Part shown: piece after piece, positions 1 through 10,497 of the stretch
How the letters are laid out: each line of letters starts with the position of its first letter
Position numbering within the stretch: the stretch's first letter is position 1
Assembly: GCA_963826115.1 (NCBI GenBank)
Contig: CAWGVS010000005.1
Coordinates: 1,056,001-1,120,000, forward strand
DNA: 64,000 nt
Origin: an uncultured Candidatus Rokubacteria bacterium
GTDB lineage: Bacteria; Methylomirabilota; Methylomirabilia; Rokubacteriales; DASRDR01
Direction: 5' to 3'
Notes under the pieces: generated by a model
Databases searched by the model: none
What the model was told of the DNA's origin: nothing
What the model saw: the letters and a program-made list of their open reading frames with translations, nothing else
Made by a program: the position numbers and the translations under genes

Positions 1-318
1 GGCGTCCCGCAAGGACCCGCAGAGCGGCTTCTCGCAGATCACGTGCTTGCCGGCGGCCAGACACTGGATCGTCTGGGCCGCGTGGAGGTGGGGCGGCGTG
101 CAGAGGTCCACGACGTCGACGCCGGGAAGCCGGCAGAGCGCGCCGACGTCGGTCAGCACGCGGTCCACGCCGTAGGCCGTCGCGACCTCGCGGGCCTTCG
201 CCTCGTCGAGGTCGCAGATCGCCGCGACCTCGAACAGCTCGGGCAGGCTCCGGTAGGCGTCCAGGTGCTGCCGGCCGATCCCGCAGCCGACGACCCCGAC
301 CCGCAGAGCGCCGCTCAC
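1..318 (-). CDS. Gfo/Idh/MocA family oxidoreductase (5' part; runs off window)
   Basis: Manual translation from GTG at 318: MSGALRVGVVGCGIGRQHL...DVVDLCTPPHLH...AGKHVICEKP. The start overlaps the upstream stop (GTGA). Confidence 0.9.
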   Translation of the reverse strand, partial: MSGALRVGVVGCGIGRQHLDAYRSLPELFEVAAICDLDEAKAREVATAYGVDRVLTDVGALCRLPGVDVVDLCTPPHLHAAQTIQCLAAGKHVICEKPLCGSLRDA

Positions 319-1445
319 CGGCGGCGTCGCGGTGCGGGACGGTCCCGGACGGCCCGCGCTCGGGCTCCGGGGGCCTTGCCGCTGGTTTCGAGGCGCACCG
401 CCTTCGCTTGCGCCTCCAGCGCGAGCCGGCAGGCCAGGAAGCAGTGGGCCTGGGGCATGGCCGTCTCCGTCCGCTCGAGGATGTCCGCGACGAGCTGACG
501 GCCGTACGGCAGGTCTCCGCCGCTCGCGTCGACGTGGCGGGCGCCCTTCCCGTCGACCAGGAACAGGTGGCTCGCGCCCGGCCGCCCGGCGATGTCCACG
601 TACTTGCGGAGCTCGATGTACCCCTCCGTGCCGAGCACGACGAGGCGGCCGTCCCCCCAGGTGCTGAGGCCGTCCGGCGTGTACCAGTCCACCCGCGCGT
701 AGCCGGTGCCGCCGTTGCCCCGGAGGACCACGTCGCCGAAGTCCTCGAACTCCGGCCACTGCGGGAACCCCCAGTTCGCCACCTGCGACGCCACCACCTC
801 CGCCTCCGTCGAGCCGGTCATGAAGAGGAACTGGTCCATCTGGTGCGAGGCGATGTCCGCGAGGATCCCGCCGCACCGCGCCCGCTCGAAGAACCACGCG
901 GGACGCGTCGGCGCGTTCAGGCGGTGCGGGCCGAGCCCCACGGTCTGGATCACCTTCCCGATGGCGCCGGCCTTGACCAGCTCCCCCGCCCGCACGGTGG
1001 CCGCGTTCTCGAACCGCTCGCTGAAGCACACCGAGTAGATCCGCCCCGTCTCGGCCTGGACGCGCCGCGCCTCCGCGAGCTGGGCCAGCGTCGTGAACGC
1101 CGGCTTGTCGCTCATGTAGTCCTTGCCGTGGCGCATCGCCGCGACACCCAGGGGGCCCCGGTCGCTCGGGATCGCCGCGCTCACCACGAGCTGGACGCGC
1201 GAGTCCTCGAGGATCTCCCGTCGGCTCCGGGCCCGTCGCGCGGCGGGGTACCGCCGCCCGTACTCGGCTGCGAGGTCGACCTCCTCGGCAAAGAACGCGA
1301 CGATCGCCGCGCCCGCTCGGAGCAGGAGGTCCGTCTGGGCGTAGATGTGATTGTGGTTGACCCCGACCACCCCGAACCGGACCGGCGGGCCCGCCGGCGC
1401 CGTGCCCCGCCGTACGGGCGCCCCCGAGGGCACGGTCCGACCCAC
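315..1445 (-). CDS. Gfo/Idh/MocA family oxidoreductase
   Basis: RFGVVG Rossmann start, GKDYMSDKP, GGILADIASHQMD motifs. Confidence 0.9.
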   Translation of the reverse strand: MGRTVPSGAPVRRGTAPAGPPVRFGVVGVNHNHIYAQTDLLLRAGAAIVAFFAEEVDLAAEYGRRYPAARRARSRREILEDSRVQLVVSAAIPSDRGPLGVAAMRHGKDYMSDKPAFTTLAQLAEARRVQAETGRIYSVCFSERFENAATVRAGELVKAGAIGKVIQTVGLGPHRLNAPTRPAWFFERARCGGILADIASHQMDQFLFMTGSTEAEVVASQVANWGFPQWPEFEDFGDVVLRGNGGTGYARVDWYTPDGLSTWGDGRLVVLGTEGYIELRKYVDIAGRPGASHLFLVDGKGARHVDASGGDLPYGRQLVADILERTETAMPQAHCFLACRLALEAQAKAVRLETSGKAPGARARAVRDRPAPRRRR

Positions 1446-2312
1446 CTAGCCCTTCATCCCGGTGGTGCTGATGCCCTGGACCAGATACCGCTGGAAGACG
1501 ATGAACACGAGGAGCACGGGCACCAGCGACAGCGCGGACATCGCGAAGATCGCGCCCCAGTCGGTGGCTCCCGAGGCGTCGGCGAACGACCGCAGCGCCA
1601 CCGAGATCGTGTAGAGCTTCGGCTCGTTCAGGTAGACGAGCGGGGTCAGGAAGTCCTCCCACGTCCAGTAGAAGGAGAAGATCGTCGCGGTGATGAGGGC
1701 GGGCCGGATCAGCGGCAGGATGATCCGGAAGAAGATCCCGAAGTGGCTGCAGCCGTCGATCTCCGCCGCCTCGTCGAGCTCCCGGGGAATCCCGCGGATG
1801 AACTGCATGATCATGAAGATGAAGAACGCCATCCCGAAGAACCGCGGCAGGAGCAGCGGGTAGAACGTGTTCACCAGGTTGAGCTTCGTGAAGAAGACGT
1901 ACTGCGGAATGATCGTCACCTGCACGGGCAGCATCAAGGTCAGCAGCATGCACGTGAACCAGAACCCCCGGCCGGCGAAGCGGACGCGCGCGAACCCGTA
2001 GGCGGCCAGCGCCGAGGACATCACCGCGGCCACCGTCCCCACCCCGGCGTAGATCAGCGAGTTCTTGTAGAACGTGGCGAAGGTGATGCCGCCGAACCCC
2101 TTCCACCCGGCGACGTAGTTCTCGGGGCTGAAGTTCCGGGGCACCAGCGACATGACGTTGGTCCAGATCTCCGACGGGCCCTTCAGCGAGCTGGCGAACA
2201 GCCAGATGATCGGGTACAGCATCACGAACCCCAGCGCGCCGACGCCCGCGTGGTAGACCACCGTCCGCAGAGCTGCCCGCGAGCGCGCCGGGCCCGACTC
2301 CGCCTGGCCCAT
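1446..2312 (-). CDS. carbohydrate ABC transporter permease (MalG-like)
   Basis: EAA loop IPRELDEAAEIDGC and TM segments; start MGQAESG overlaps the upstream stop. Confidence 0.9.
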   Translation of the reverse strand: MGQAESGPARSRAALRTVVYHAGVGALGFVMLYPIIWLFASSLKGPSEIWTNVMSLVPRNFSPENYVAGWKGFGGITFATFYKNSLIYAGVGTVAAVMSSALAAYGFARVRFAGRGFWFTCMLLTLMLPVQVTIIPQYVFFTKLNLVNTFYPLLLPRFFGMAFFIFMIMQFIRGIPRELDEAAEIDGCSHFGIFFRIILPLIRPALITATIFSFYWTWEDFLTPLVYLNEPKLYTISVALRSFADASGATDWGAIFAMSALSLVPVLLVFIVFQRYLVQGISTTGMKG

Positions 2313-3283
2313 CACCGGCCCTCCTTGACCTCGTAGAACACCCACCGCCCCGACGTCTTGAACAGGAAGGCCGTGCACAGGGCCACCGCGACGAGGAGCA
2401 CCCAGGCCATCGCCGAGGCGTACCCCATCTGGAAGCTCTCGAAGGCCCGGCGGTACAGGTACAGGGCGTAGAAGAGCGTGGTGTCCATCGGCCCGCCCCC
2501 CGTCACGATGAACGCCTGAGTGAAGACCATGAAGCCCGTGATGGTCTGCATGACGAGGTTGAAGAAGGTTACCGGGGACAGGAGCGGGAGCGTGATGCGG
2601 AAGAAGCGCGACCACGGGCCCGCCCCGTCGATGGCCGCCGCCTCGTACAGCTCGGCCGGGATCTGCCGGAGCCCGGCGAGGAAGATGAGCATCGGCGAGC
2701 CGAACTGCCAGATCGCCAGCACGATCAGGGTCCAGATCGCGAAGTCCGGGTGCCCGAGCCAGCTCACCCGCGGCACTCCCAGGAAGGACAGCAGCGCGTT
2801 CACGACGCCCTCCGTCCCGAACACCTGCCGCCACATCAGGGCCACCGCCACGCTGCCCGCCACGATCGACGGGGCGTAGAAGGCCGCACGGTACACCGCG
2901 ATCCCCCGGCGCTGGGTGTTCAGGAGCATCGCGAGCGCCAGGGCGAACGCCAGACGCAGCGGCACTGCCACCGCCACGTAGAAGAGGGTCACCGTGACCG
3001 ACTGGAGATAGCGTCGGTCCTGCGTGAACATGCGGTAGAAGTTCTCGAGCCCGACCCACCGCGGTGCGGTGAGGATGTCGTAGTCCGTGAAGGCGAGGTA
3101 CAGCGAGGCGATCATCGGCAGGAGGGTGAGCCCGAAGAATCCGATCAGCCACGGCGCGATGAACGCGTAGCCGGCAAGATTGCGAGCGCGCGCCCGGGCG
3201 CGTCCGGCGGCGACGCGCGCGTCCCCCACCCCCGCGCGGAGAAGGCCCTCCCCGGGAAGGGACGAGGCGGGGGCCCGGCTCAT
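2312..3283 (-). CDS. carbohydrate ABC transporter permease (MalF-like)
   Basis: WVGLENF, IPAELYEAAAIDGA, MGYASAMAW motifs. Confidence 0.9.
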   Translation of the reverse strand: MSRAPASSLPGEGLLRAGVGDARVAAGRARARARNLAGYAFIAPWLIGFFGLTLLPMIASLYLAFTDYDILTAPRWVGLENFYRMFTQDRRYLQSVTVTLFYVAVAVPLRLAFALALAMLLNTQRRGIAVYRAAFYAPSIVAGSVAVALMWRQVFGTEGVVNALLSFLGVPRVSWLGHPDFAIWTLIVLAIWQFGSPMLIFLAGLRQIPAELYEAAAIDGAGPWSRFFRITLPLLSPVTFFNLVMQTITGFMVFTQAFIVTGGGPMDTTLFYALYLYRRAFESFQMGYASAMAWVLLVAVALCTAFLFKTSGRWVFYEVKEGR

Positions 3284-3370
3284 CGCGCCGGGTCTCGGTC
3301 GGGATCGGGCGCGGCTGTGCGCATCCCGGCCGCCGCGCCCCGATCCCCCCCGCTCACGGAGCCCGCCGCG

Positions 3371-4705
3371 CTAGCGCTTGGCCTTCGCGAGGATGGCGTT
3401 GGCTTCCTGCCGCAAGAGCGCCGCAGCCTTGTCAGGGTCGAGCTTCCCGTACGCGACCGGGTCGACGACCTGCGGGTTGTAGACGTTCTTGACGATGTCG
3501 GCGTGGCCCGGCGGGTCCGGCGGCGGAATGGGCTGGACGTCCTTCCCCACCCGCTCGAGGTACGCGAACATCTCGGCCTGAGACTTGCCCAGCTTCGGCA
3601 TCAGCGCCTTCTGCACCTTGTTCGAGATCGGCACGCCGCGCTCGGCCAGGAGCGCGTCGTTCGCCTCGATCGAATTCGTGACGAAGTCGATGAACATGGC
3701 GGCTTCCTTGGGCTGCTTGGCCTGCGTCGTCACGCTGAAGAACTGGGACGGCTTGATGAAGTTCGCGGACTTGCCGCCAGGCACCCGCGGCAGCGGATGC
3801 AGGACGAAGTTCCGCTCGTCGCCGCCGGCCGCCTTCCAGACGGCCACGATCTGGTTGCTCCAGAAGTACGCCATCGCGGCCTTGCGCGAGACGATCGGGG
3901 TCAGCTCGACGCTCGTGTCCTGGTTGAAGCTGGCCATCTCGTCGGCGCGCGGCACCAGGGCGTTGGCCTTCTGGAGCCGGAGCAGCATGCCGAGGTAGTC
4001 GACGAACGGCTTGTCGCTCTCGTAGCCGATCTTGCTGCCGTCGGCGCTATACCGCCACTGCCCGGTCGACAGGAACACGGCCCCCCACAGCTGGTTGTCC
4101 CACGTCTGGGAGCCCATGCCCCAGACCCCCAGCTTCTGCTGGAGCGTGAGCGACACCTTCTCGAAATCGGCCCAGCTCCAGTTCGCCGCCGGCAGCTCGA
4201 CCCCGGCCTTCTTGAAGGCGTCGACGTCGAGGACCCAGCACTGGGAGTTCGACCCGAGGTTGACGGCGACCAGCTTGCCGTTCACGATCCCGCCCTTCAG
4301 GGCGGCCTCGGACACGTCGCGCACGTCGATGACGCCGCTCTTGACGTAGTCGTCGAGGGGCGCGATCAGGCCGCGCGAGGTCCACTCGCTGATGTAGGCG
4401 TAGTCCTGCTGCATCACGTCGGGCAGGTTGCGGCCCGCCGCCTGGGTGGTCATCTTCGTCCAGTAATCACCCCACCCGGCGAACTCGTAGGTGACCTTGA
4501 CGTTCGGGTACTTCTTCTGGAACAGCTCGATCGCCTTGATGGTCCGGTTGTGGCGGTCCTGTGAGCCCCACCACGCGACCCGCAGCTCGACGGGCGCGCC
4601 GGAGCTCGACTGGGCGGCGGCAGGGAGGGTGTGGACCGCGCCGGCCAGCCACAGGCCGGCGAGCACGGTCATCCAGGCGACGGTACGACCGACGTGACCA
4701 CGCAT
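3371..4705 (-). CDS. sugar ABC transporter substrate-binding protein (YesO/TogB-like)
   Basis: Signal peptide; LRVAWWGSQDRH, YWTKMTTQAAGRNLPDVMQQD, AERGVP. Confidence 0.88.
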   Translation of the reverse strand: MRGHVGRTVAWMTVLAGLWLAGAVHTLPAAAQSSSGAPVELRVAWWGSQDRHNRTIKAIELFQKKYPNVKVTYEFAGWGDYWTKMTTQAAGRNLPDVMQQDYAYISEWTSRGLIAPLDDYVKSGVIDVRDVSEAALKGGIVNGKLVAVNLGSNSQCWVLDVDAFKKAGVELPAANWSWADFEKVSLTLQQKLGVWGMGSQTWDNQLWGAVFLSTGQWRYSADGSKIGYESDKPFVDYLGMLLRLQKANALVPRADEMASFNQDTSVELTPIVSRKAAMAYFWSNQIVAVWKAAGGDERNFVLHPLPRVPGGKSANFIKPSQFFSVTTQAKQPKEAAMFIDFVTNSIEANDALLAERGVPISNKVQKALMPKLGKSQAEMFAYLERVGKDVQPIPPPDPPGHADIVKNVYNPQVVDPVAYGKLDPDKAAALLRQEANAILAKAKR

Positions 4706-4818
4706 GGCGGCCTCGCTTTCTGTCGGAGGTGAACGGCGCGACCAAGACGGGACCCGCAATCGCACCCCCCTACTCGGTCATCACGGCGCACGGCTGTCAA
4801 GAGCCATCCCGCCCGGTC

Positions 4819-6165
4819 TCACGCGGAAGCCGCGCCGCTCCCGCCGGGCAGCGGGAACAGCTCGTCGAGGGACACCCGCCGGCCGGTGCGGATGGACTCG
4901 TTGGCAGCGATCCCCACCAGCGCGGCCGCGGCTCCGTCGACATGGGACGCCGCGCGGTGATAGGCGTCGGGGGGCGGCGACGCTGAGAAGAGCTGCTCCA
5001 GCATGACGGGATCGGCGCCACCGTGGCCGCCCTCCCCCGGGTCCACGGGAACCTCGCGGGAAGCGCCAAACATCGGATGGACCGTGATCCTCACCGTCTT
5101 GAACGACCCCTTGCTCGCCCGGGCGCGGTCGGCGTCCTCCATGAGGTGGGTGACGTTCTCCGCCACGTCCATCTCGAGGCGTCCGCGGTCCCCGGTGACC
5201 GCGACCCGGAGGCCCTCCCACGGCGCGTACGTGACCAGGCAGTAGGAGAGGATCGCCCCGTTCCGGTATCGCGCCGTCACCGCCATGGTGTCCTCGATCG
5301 TGATCGGCTCGCCGAAGACGTTGCGGTCGCGGACGTATCCGCTCTCCGCCTCCGCCTCCAGGTACAGGCCGCGGAACGCGGCGGTCCGGTCCAGGAACAG
5401 GGCGAACGGGTCGCTCCGCGCCGCCTCGCTGCCCGTGTAGCGGGCGTAGGAGTACGACTCCCCCCGGGCCTCGGCGTTCGCGCGCCCGTAGAAGCCGAGG
5501 CCCCCCATGGCGAAGACGTCGCGGGCGTAGGACCCGATCCACCAGTTCACGAGGTCGAAGTGGTGGGTCGCCTTGTGAACGAGGAGCCCGCCGGAGCTCT
5601 CGCGCTCCCGGTGCCACCGCCGGAAGTAGTCGGCCCCGTGGCGGGTGTCGAGGAGCCACGAGAAGTCGACCAGCAGGGGCCGGCCCACGACGCCCTCCAT
5701 CAGCAGCCGACGGAAGGCGGTGTAGGCGGGCGCGTAGCGATAGTTGAACGTCACCCGGAGGGCCCGTCCGGTCCGGGCGATGGCGTCGAAGATCGCCCGC
5801 ATCTTCCCGGCGTCGGTCGTCATCGGCTTCTCGGTGATGACGTCGCAGCCGAGCTCCATCGCCCGCGTGATGTAGAGGTGATGCGTCGCGTCCACCGTGG
5901 TGACGATGACGGTGTCGGGACGTGTCTCGGCGATCATCCGGTCGAAGCTGGCGGCCGGGTACGTGGGGCGTGGCGCCCCGCCCGCCAGGGCGACGATCCG
6001 CCGGTTGTGCCAGTCCATTCGCGTCTGGCTCAGGTCGCACAGGCCGACGAGGTCGGACGTCTCCCGGTAGGTCCCGGCGAGCGCCTCGACGAACATCCCG
6101 GCGCGAGAGCCCGTCCCGACGATGGCGTAGCGGCGACGCGCTCGATCGACTGAGGAATCCAGCAT
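4819..6165 (-). CDS. Gfo/Idh/MocA family oxidoreductase (YteT-like)
   Basis: [38 protein letters not shown]. Confidence 0.9.
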   Translation of the reverse strand: MLDSSVDRARRRYAIVGTGSRAGMFVEALAGTYRETSDLVGLCDLSQTRMDWHNRRIVALAGGAPRPTYPAASFDRMIAETRPDTVIVTTVDATHHLYITRAMELGCDVITEKPMTTDAGKMRAIFDAIARTGRALRVTFNYRYAPAYTAFRRLLMEGVVGRPLLVDFSWLLDTRHGADYFRRWHRERESSGGLLVHKATHHFDLVNWWIGSYARDVFAMGGLGFYGRANAEARGESYSYARYTGSEAARSDPFALFLDRTAAFRGLYLEAEAESGYVRDRNVFGEPITIEDTMAVTARYRNGAILSYCLVTYAPWEGLRVAVTGDRGRLEMDVAENVTHLMEDADRARASKGSFKTVRITVHPMFGASREVPVDPGEGGHGGADPVMLEQLFSASPPPDAYHRAASHVDGAAAALVGIAANESIRTGRRVSLDELFPLPGGSGAASA

Positions 6166-6205
6166 GTATGTCGCTATGTTACGGCGGGTTCTCTCGCAGG
6201 ATGCT

Positions 6206-6865
6206 TCAGCCGGGCCGCTCTCCCGACGGCTCCCACACCAGGACGCGTATCGGCGTCGGTTCGAGCCCCGTGCAGGGGTTGTTCACCTGGGGGCAGTTCG
6301 CGATCACGGCGAGGACGTCCATCTCGGCCCGAAGGTCCACGAAGTCGCCGGGTCGCGAGAGGCCCTCCACGAAGACGGTGTCCGCGAGCCGACCATCCTC
6401 GCCCACGGGCACATTGGAGAAGAAGTTCAGGTTGGCCACGATGTCCCGGCGTCCCATCCCGTACCGGCCGAGCTGCCGGAGGAACGTCTCCCGGCATCCG
6501 GGGACGTCGCTCACGCCGTACATCAGATGGTTGCTCGGCGCGCTGCAGCATCCCCCGATCGTGTCGTGCCGCCCGCAGGTGTCCCCGACGATGGTGAGCA
6601 TCGGCCGCGCCACGTCGGAGTACAGCACGTTCCCCGTCGTGAGCCGGATGGTCCGCGCCTTCTTCATGGTGTTGGCGGCGTGGTACCGCTCTTCCGGATT
6701 CGTGGCGTGGTAGCAGAGGAAGTCGACGCCCTGCTTGCCCGCCTGATCGACGATGCGGAGGATCTGGCCACGTCTCACGACCTCGGCCCATCCCTCGCCC
6801 GGCGGGACCACGTCCTCGCGGACCACGGCGCCGGGGGGCGAGCCCGTCATCGGCGGCGCGCTCAC
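6206..6865 (-). CDS. DUF1989 / urea carboxylase-associated family protein
   Basis: [45 protein letters not shown]. Confidence 0.88.
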   Translation of the reverse strand: MSAPPMTGSPPGAVVREDVVPPGEGWAEVVRRGQILRIVDQAGKQGVDFLCYHATNPEERYHAANTMKKARTIRLTTGNVLYSDVARPMLTIVGDTCGRHDTIGGCCSAPSNHLMYGVSDVPGCRETFLRQLGRYGMGRRDIVANLNFFSNVPVGEDGRLADTVFVEGLSRPGDFVDLRAEMDVLAVIANCPQVNNPCTGLEPTPIRVLVWEPSGERPG

Positions 6866-6872
6866 GCTCGGG

Positions 6873-8093
6873 TCAAGAAACCTTGGTGTACTTCCGGGCG
6901 TAGGCGTTGGCGCAGGCCGCCCGCAGCGCGGCCTCGTCGAGGGGGCGGCTGCGGAAGCGCTCGATCGACATCGGCCCGAGGTCCGGCTGGCACGCGCCGT
7001 CCACGATCAGGTCGGCGAGCGCGCGGCCCACCGACGCGGAGATCGAGAGGCCGCCGACGTTGCAGGCCGACGCGATGTAGAAGCCGCCCAGCGTGGCGAC
7101 CGGCCCCACGATGTGCTGGCCGTCCGGAGAGATGGTCGGAAGCCCGCCCCGGTGCTCGCGAAGCTTCGCGCCGCGGAGCGCCGGGAAGTGCGCGGCCACC
7201 TCGGCCGCCAGCCCCCACAGGACGTTCACGTCGAGGGGCACGTCGCGAATCTGGAACCCCTCCGGCTGGCGCCGCATGTCGACCTGGAGCGGATGGTCCT
7301 CGTAGCCGCCGAGCATCAGGCCCCCCTGCTCGGGGCGCGTGTACACGCTCGGCTCGTGGATGCGCACGATCGGGTGATGGGGCTCGATCCCCGGGATCGG
7401 CTCGGTGATGAACAGCTGGTGTCGGGTCGGGATCATGGGGATCTGGACGCCGACCTCGTCGGCCAGGAGACGCGACCACGCGCCCGCGGCATCGACGACC
7501 ACCGGGCTCTCGATCACGCCCCCCGGAGTACGCACGCCCCGGATCCGGCCCCCCTCGTGGAGGAACCCCGTCACCGCCGTGCCGGGCGCGAGCGTGACGC
7601 CCATCTCCCCGGCCGCCGCCGCGAACTCCCGGGCCACCAGCGGAGGATGGAAGTAGCCGTCCTCCGGCGAGAAGAGGATCGCCCTGGCGCCGGCGGCGCG
7701 AAAGTGCGGCGCCCGCCGCTCGGCCTCTGCCGCGGAGAGGAACTCGACCTTCACGCCGAACGACTCCGCCCGCGCCGCGTCCCGCCGGAGACGGGTCTCG
7801 CCGGCCTCGCTGAGCAGCACCCGCATGGCTCCGACGCGATGGAACCGGATCGAGCGCCCGGTCACGGCCTCGAACGCCGCCAGCGTCTCCACGGCCTCGT
7901 TGACCAGCTTCACCATGAGCTCGGTCGCGGCGACCTTCGACGTGAGCCCGGCGGCCCGGGGCGAGGTCTGGGACCCGAGGTCGTACCGGTCCAGCAGGAC
8001 CACGTCCCGGACGCCCCGCCGCGCGAGATGGTAGGCGGTGCTGGCTCCGAACCCTCCCGATCCGATGATCACGACCTCGGCGCGATTCCGCAT
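6873..8093 (-). CDS. FAD-dependent oxidoreductase (DAO / sarcosine oxidase beta-like)
   Basis: IIGSGGFGASTAYHLA, VVDAAGAWS, SPDGQHIVG. Confidence 0.88.
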   Translation of the reverse strand: MRNRAEVVIIGSGGFGASTAYHLARRGVRDVVLLDRYDLGSQTSPRAAGLTSKVAATELMVKLVNEAVETLAAFEAVTGRSIRFHRVGAMRVLLSEAGETRLRRDAARAESFGVKVEFLSAAEAERRAPHFRAAGARAILFSPEDGYFHPPLVAREFAAAAGEMGVTLAPGTAVTGFLHEGGRIRGVRTPGGVIESPVVVDAAGAWSRLLADEVGVQIPMIPTRHQLFITEPIPGIEPHHPIVRIHEPSVYTRPEQGGLMLGGYEDHPLQVDMRRQPEGFQIRDVPLDVNVLWGLAAEVAAHFPALRGAKLREHRGGLPTISPDGQHIVGPVATLGGFYIASACNVGGLSISASVGRALADLIVDGACQPDLGPMSIERFRSRPLDEAALRAACANAYARKYTKVS

Positions 8094-8166
8094 GCTCGCT
8101 GCTCCGTTCTCCGCGGGCCAGGCGTCGTCTTGCGATCGGTCCCCGGGCTCAGGCGGTCACCGATGA

Positions 8167-8195
8167 ATGCTAGTGACCGTGGCTCTCCGTGTCAA
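8167..8195 (-). promoter_or_regulatory. sigma70-type promoter for the FAD oxidoreductase-DUF1989 genes
   Basis: TTGACA (8195-8190), 17 bp spacer, TAGCAT (8172-8167). Confidence 0.65.
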
Positions 8196-8359
8196 ACCGC
8201 CGGACGATCGCGGCCGGGCCGCCGAACGTTCCCCCAAATCTGGATCACCGGTCCACGGCCTCCCGATAGGCCAGCGAGCGTAGGTGCCCGCCGTGCTTGA
8301 CGTCTCCTCCCGGCACGCCCGTTGCTCCTCCGTTGCGTAGCAAACGCGGGAGGGTGGTC

Positions 8360-8578
8360 ATGCGAGCGATGCCCGTCGCCCTGTTGTGCCTGACGCTGGG
8401 AGCCTGTGCGAGCACGTCGACCGGGCCCACCCCCAACCTTCCGCCTCGCTGCCCGGCTCCTCCGTACATCGAGGGCGGGTCGGGGTACCAGGTCCAGTCC
8501 TCGGGCGACGCCGCCTTCGCGGCCGTAGTGCTGCTGCTCGGTGTCCTGACCAGCCAGGCGGCGCCAACTTGCCCGTGA
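8360..8578 (+). CDS. small putative lipoprotein
   Basis: GGGAGG SD; hydrophobic leader ending LGAC; second hydrophobic stretch at the C-terminus. Confidence 0.55.
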   Translation: MRAMPVALLCLTLGACASTSTGPTPNLPPRCPAPPYIEGGSGYQVQSSGDAAFAAVVLLLGVLTSQAAPTCP

Positions 8579-8632
8579 GCGTTCGGGTCCCGCCGCGCGC
8601 CGCGAAGACCGGAATCCGGGCTGTTCGCGGGC

Positions 8633-9460
8633 CTACGCGCCCATCAGCGCGTTGAGGTCCGGCGTCGGGAGCGTGTGGTCGACATAGCCGAAGGTGCCGT
8701 GGTCCTTCACCTCGCGCGCGGCCGCGACGAGGCCGGTCATCGCCGCGCGGTAGAGCGAGCTGGCCAGGCTGATCCGCCGCACTCCCGCCGCCTCGAGCTC
8801 CCGCACGGTGAACGACTTCCCCTTGATGCCGGCCATGAAGTTGAACGGCCTGGAGATCGCCTGGCACACGCTCCGCACCGCCGCGAGGTCTGGGAGGCCG
8901 GGCGCGAAAAGCACGTCCGCGCCCGCCCGCTCGTACGCCTGAAGCCGTCGGATCGTGTCGTCCAGGCTCGGGTTGCCGCGGATGAAGTTCTCCGCGCGCC
9001 CGGTCAGGATGAACGGGAACGGCAGCGCCCGGGCGGCCCACACCGCGGCCGAGACCCGCTCGGTCGCGTGACCGATCTCGTAGATGCCGACCGTGGGGTC
9101 CCTCGAGAAGTCCTCGATGGAGCACCCGACGAGGCCGGCCTCGGCGGCCAGCCGGACGGTCTCCTCGGCCGCCGCCGGAGCGTCGCCGAACCCCTTCTCC
9201 AGGTCCGCGGACACCGGCAAGTCTGTCGCCTCGACGATGGCCCGCGCATGGGCGAGCGCCTCGTCCCGCGTCACGCGTCCGTCGCGCCGCCCGAGCGTCC
9301 CCGCGGAGGCGCCGCTCGAGGTCGCGAGGGCCGTGAACCCGAGCCCCGCCAGGACCCGCGCCGACCCCGCATCCCACGGATTGGGGATCACGAACGCGTG
9401 AGGCCCCTCGTGGAGCGCCCGGAACCGCGCCGCCTTCTCGGCCTGGCTCACCGTCGTCAT
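8633..9460 (-). CDS. isocitrate lyase/PEP mutase family protein
   Basis: IPNPWDAGSA, LPVSADLEKGFG, GCSIED, AGADVLFAPG; GGGGAGG SD. Confidence 0.9.
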   Translation of the reverse strand: MTTVSQAEKAARFRALHEGPHAFVIPNPWDAGSARVLAGLGFTALATSSGASAGTLGRRDGRVTRDEALAHARAIVEATDLPVSADLEKGFGDAPAAAEETVRLAAEAGLVGCSIEDFSRDPTVGIYEIGHATERVSAAVWAARALPFPFILTGRAENFIRGNPSLDDTIRRLQAYERAGADVLFAPGLPDLAAVRSVCQAISRPFNFMAGIKGKSFTVRELEAAGVRRISLASSLYRAAMTGLVAAAREVKDHGTFGYVDHTLPTPDLNALMGA

Positions 9461-9564
9461 GCTTGCCTCCCCGCGGACCTTGTCGCCCGCGACCCGCCAC
9501 CCGTAGCCGCGCGCCCGCTCCCTGGAGCATCCCACGCGCACGAGGACCCCGGAACCGAGCGCCG

Positions 9565-9594
9565 ATGCTAGCCTTCGCGACACGCAGTCGTCAA
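9565..9594 (-). promoter_or_regulatory. sigma70-type promoter for the PEP mutase family gene
   Basis: TTGACG, 18 bp spacer, TAGCAT. Confidence 0.5.
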
Positions 9595-9732
9595 CGCGCG
9601 GCCCCGGTCGATCCAAAGCGCGTCATTGTTGCGCACGATGGCCTGCCCCTCGACACCCGAATGCGTCCCAAAGTGCTGGAACCGGCCATCGCCTTCGACT
9701 ATCATGGGCGCGTTCTCCGTGAGCACCCCCCC

Positions 9733-10497
9733 GTGAGCTCCCAGCGCGTCCGCGAAGACCGGATCCTCGAGAAGCTTCGCCTAGGCACCCTGCCCTCGGC
9801 CACCCGGCTGGACACGCCGGAGGCTGTCCGCGCGGCCATCGGCACGAGGCCGAGCGGAGAGGGGCGGTGCCGGGGTTGCGACGAGGTCCAGGCCGATGCG
9901 TTGGTCTCGGAGCACTCGTGGCACTACCTCTGCTTCCTGTTCTGGCAAGGACGGAGCGAGGCGGTACGCCAGACCCACCGGGCGGCCACGCCCACTCCCG
10001 CCGAGGCGCGTGGCATCGTCCCCCAGCGCGCCCGCTGGGTCGTCGTGGTGAAGGTCAACCGCCCCGATGCCTTCGCGTCCCTTCGCCGGCACTTCGCCGG
10101 CAGCCCGTGGGTCGAGGTGGTCGTCGACCGGCGCCGTGGAGAGCGGAGGCAGGCGGCGGCCAAGGCCAACACGGAGCGACGGCGCGGAGGCCGCCGGATC
10201 GCGGACAACGATCCCACCCGGATCCCGAGCTTTCGCCGGGCCCACCGCGGCGACGACTTCGACGTCTACGAGGCGATCGCCCCTCAGCCCGGCCAGTGCC
10301 CCGTGTGCGGCGTCGGCGTGACCGTCGAGCTGCCGCGGTTCGCCGAGCCGCCGGTCCGGCTGGAACTGGAGATCGTGCACGAGGCCGTCCCGCCCGACAA
10401 GGCTCGCCACGCCGTGGAGCTCCAGTCCCTGTCGCCCACCGGCCGCGTCCTTCTGGCAACGCGGCTGTTCGCCCGAGCCCAGAACGAGTCCGCCTGA
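9733..10497 (+). CDS. hypothetical protein with CxxC...HxxC, DRRxxERR and CPxC motifs (start uncertain)
   Basis: CRGCDE...WHYLCF, VVVDRRRGERR, CPVCG; host-like codon usage. Confidence 0.6.
   Translation: MSSQRVREDRILEKLRLGTLPSATRLDTPEAVRAAIGTRPSGEGRCRGCDEVQADALVSEHSWHYLCFLFWQGRSEAVRQTHRAATPTPAEARGIVPQRARWVVVVKVNRPDAFASLRRHFAGSPWVEVVVDRRRGERRQAAAKANTERRRGGRRIADNDPTRIPSFRRAHRGDDFDVYEAIAPQPGQCPVCGVGVTVELPRFAEPPVRLELEIVHEAVPPDKARHAVELQSLSPTGRVLLATRLFARAQNESA

Noticed and set aside
408-2336. Long antisense or alternative-frame ORFs here and throughout (e.g. 31153..34443, 47951..50863, 55328..58894)
   Set aside because: Shadow ORFs of high-GC coding genes, Arg/Pro/Gly-rich and without motifs
8094-8166. 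Possible guanidine riboswitch upstream of the oxidase-DUF1989 genes (CAAGACGACGC resembles the guanidine-III 3' end)
   Set aside because: The complementary 5' pairing segment and ACGA loop elements were not found
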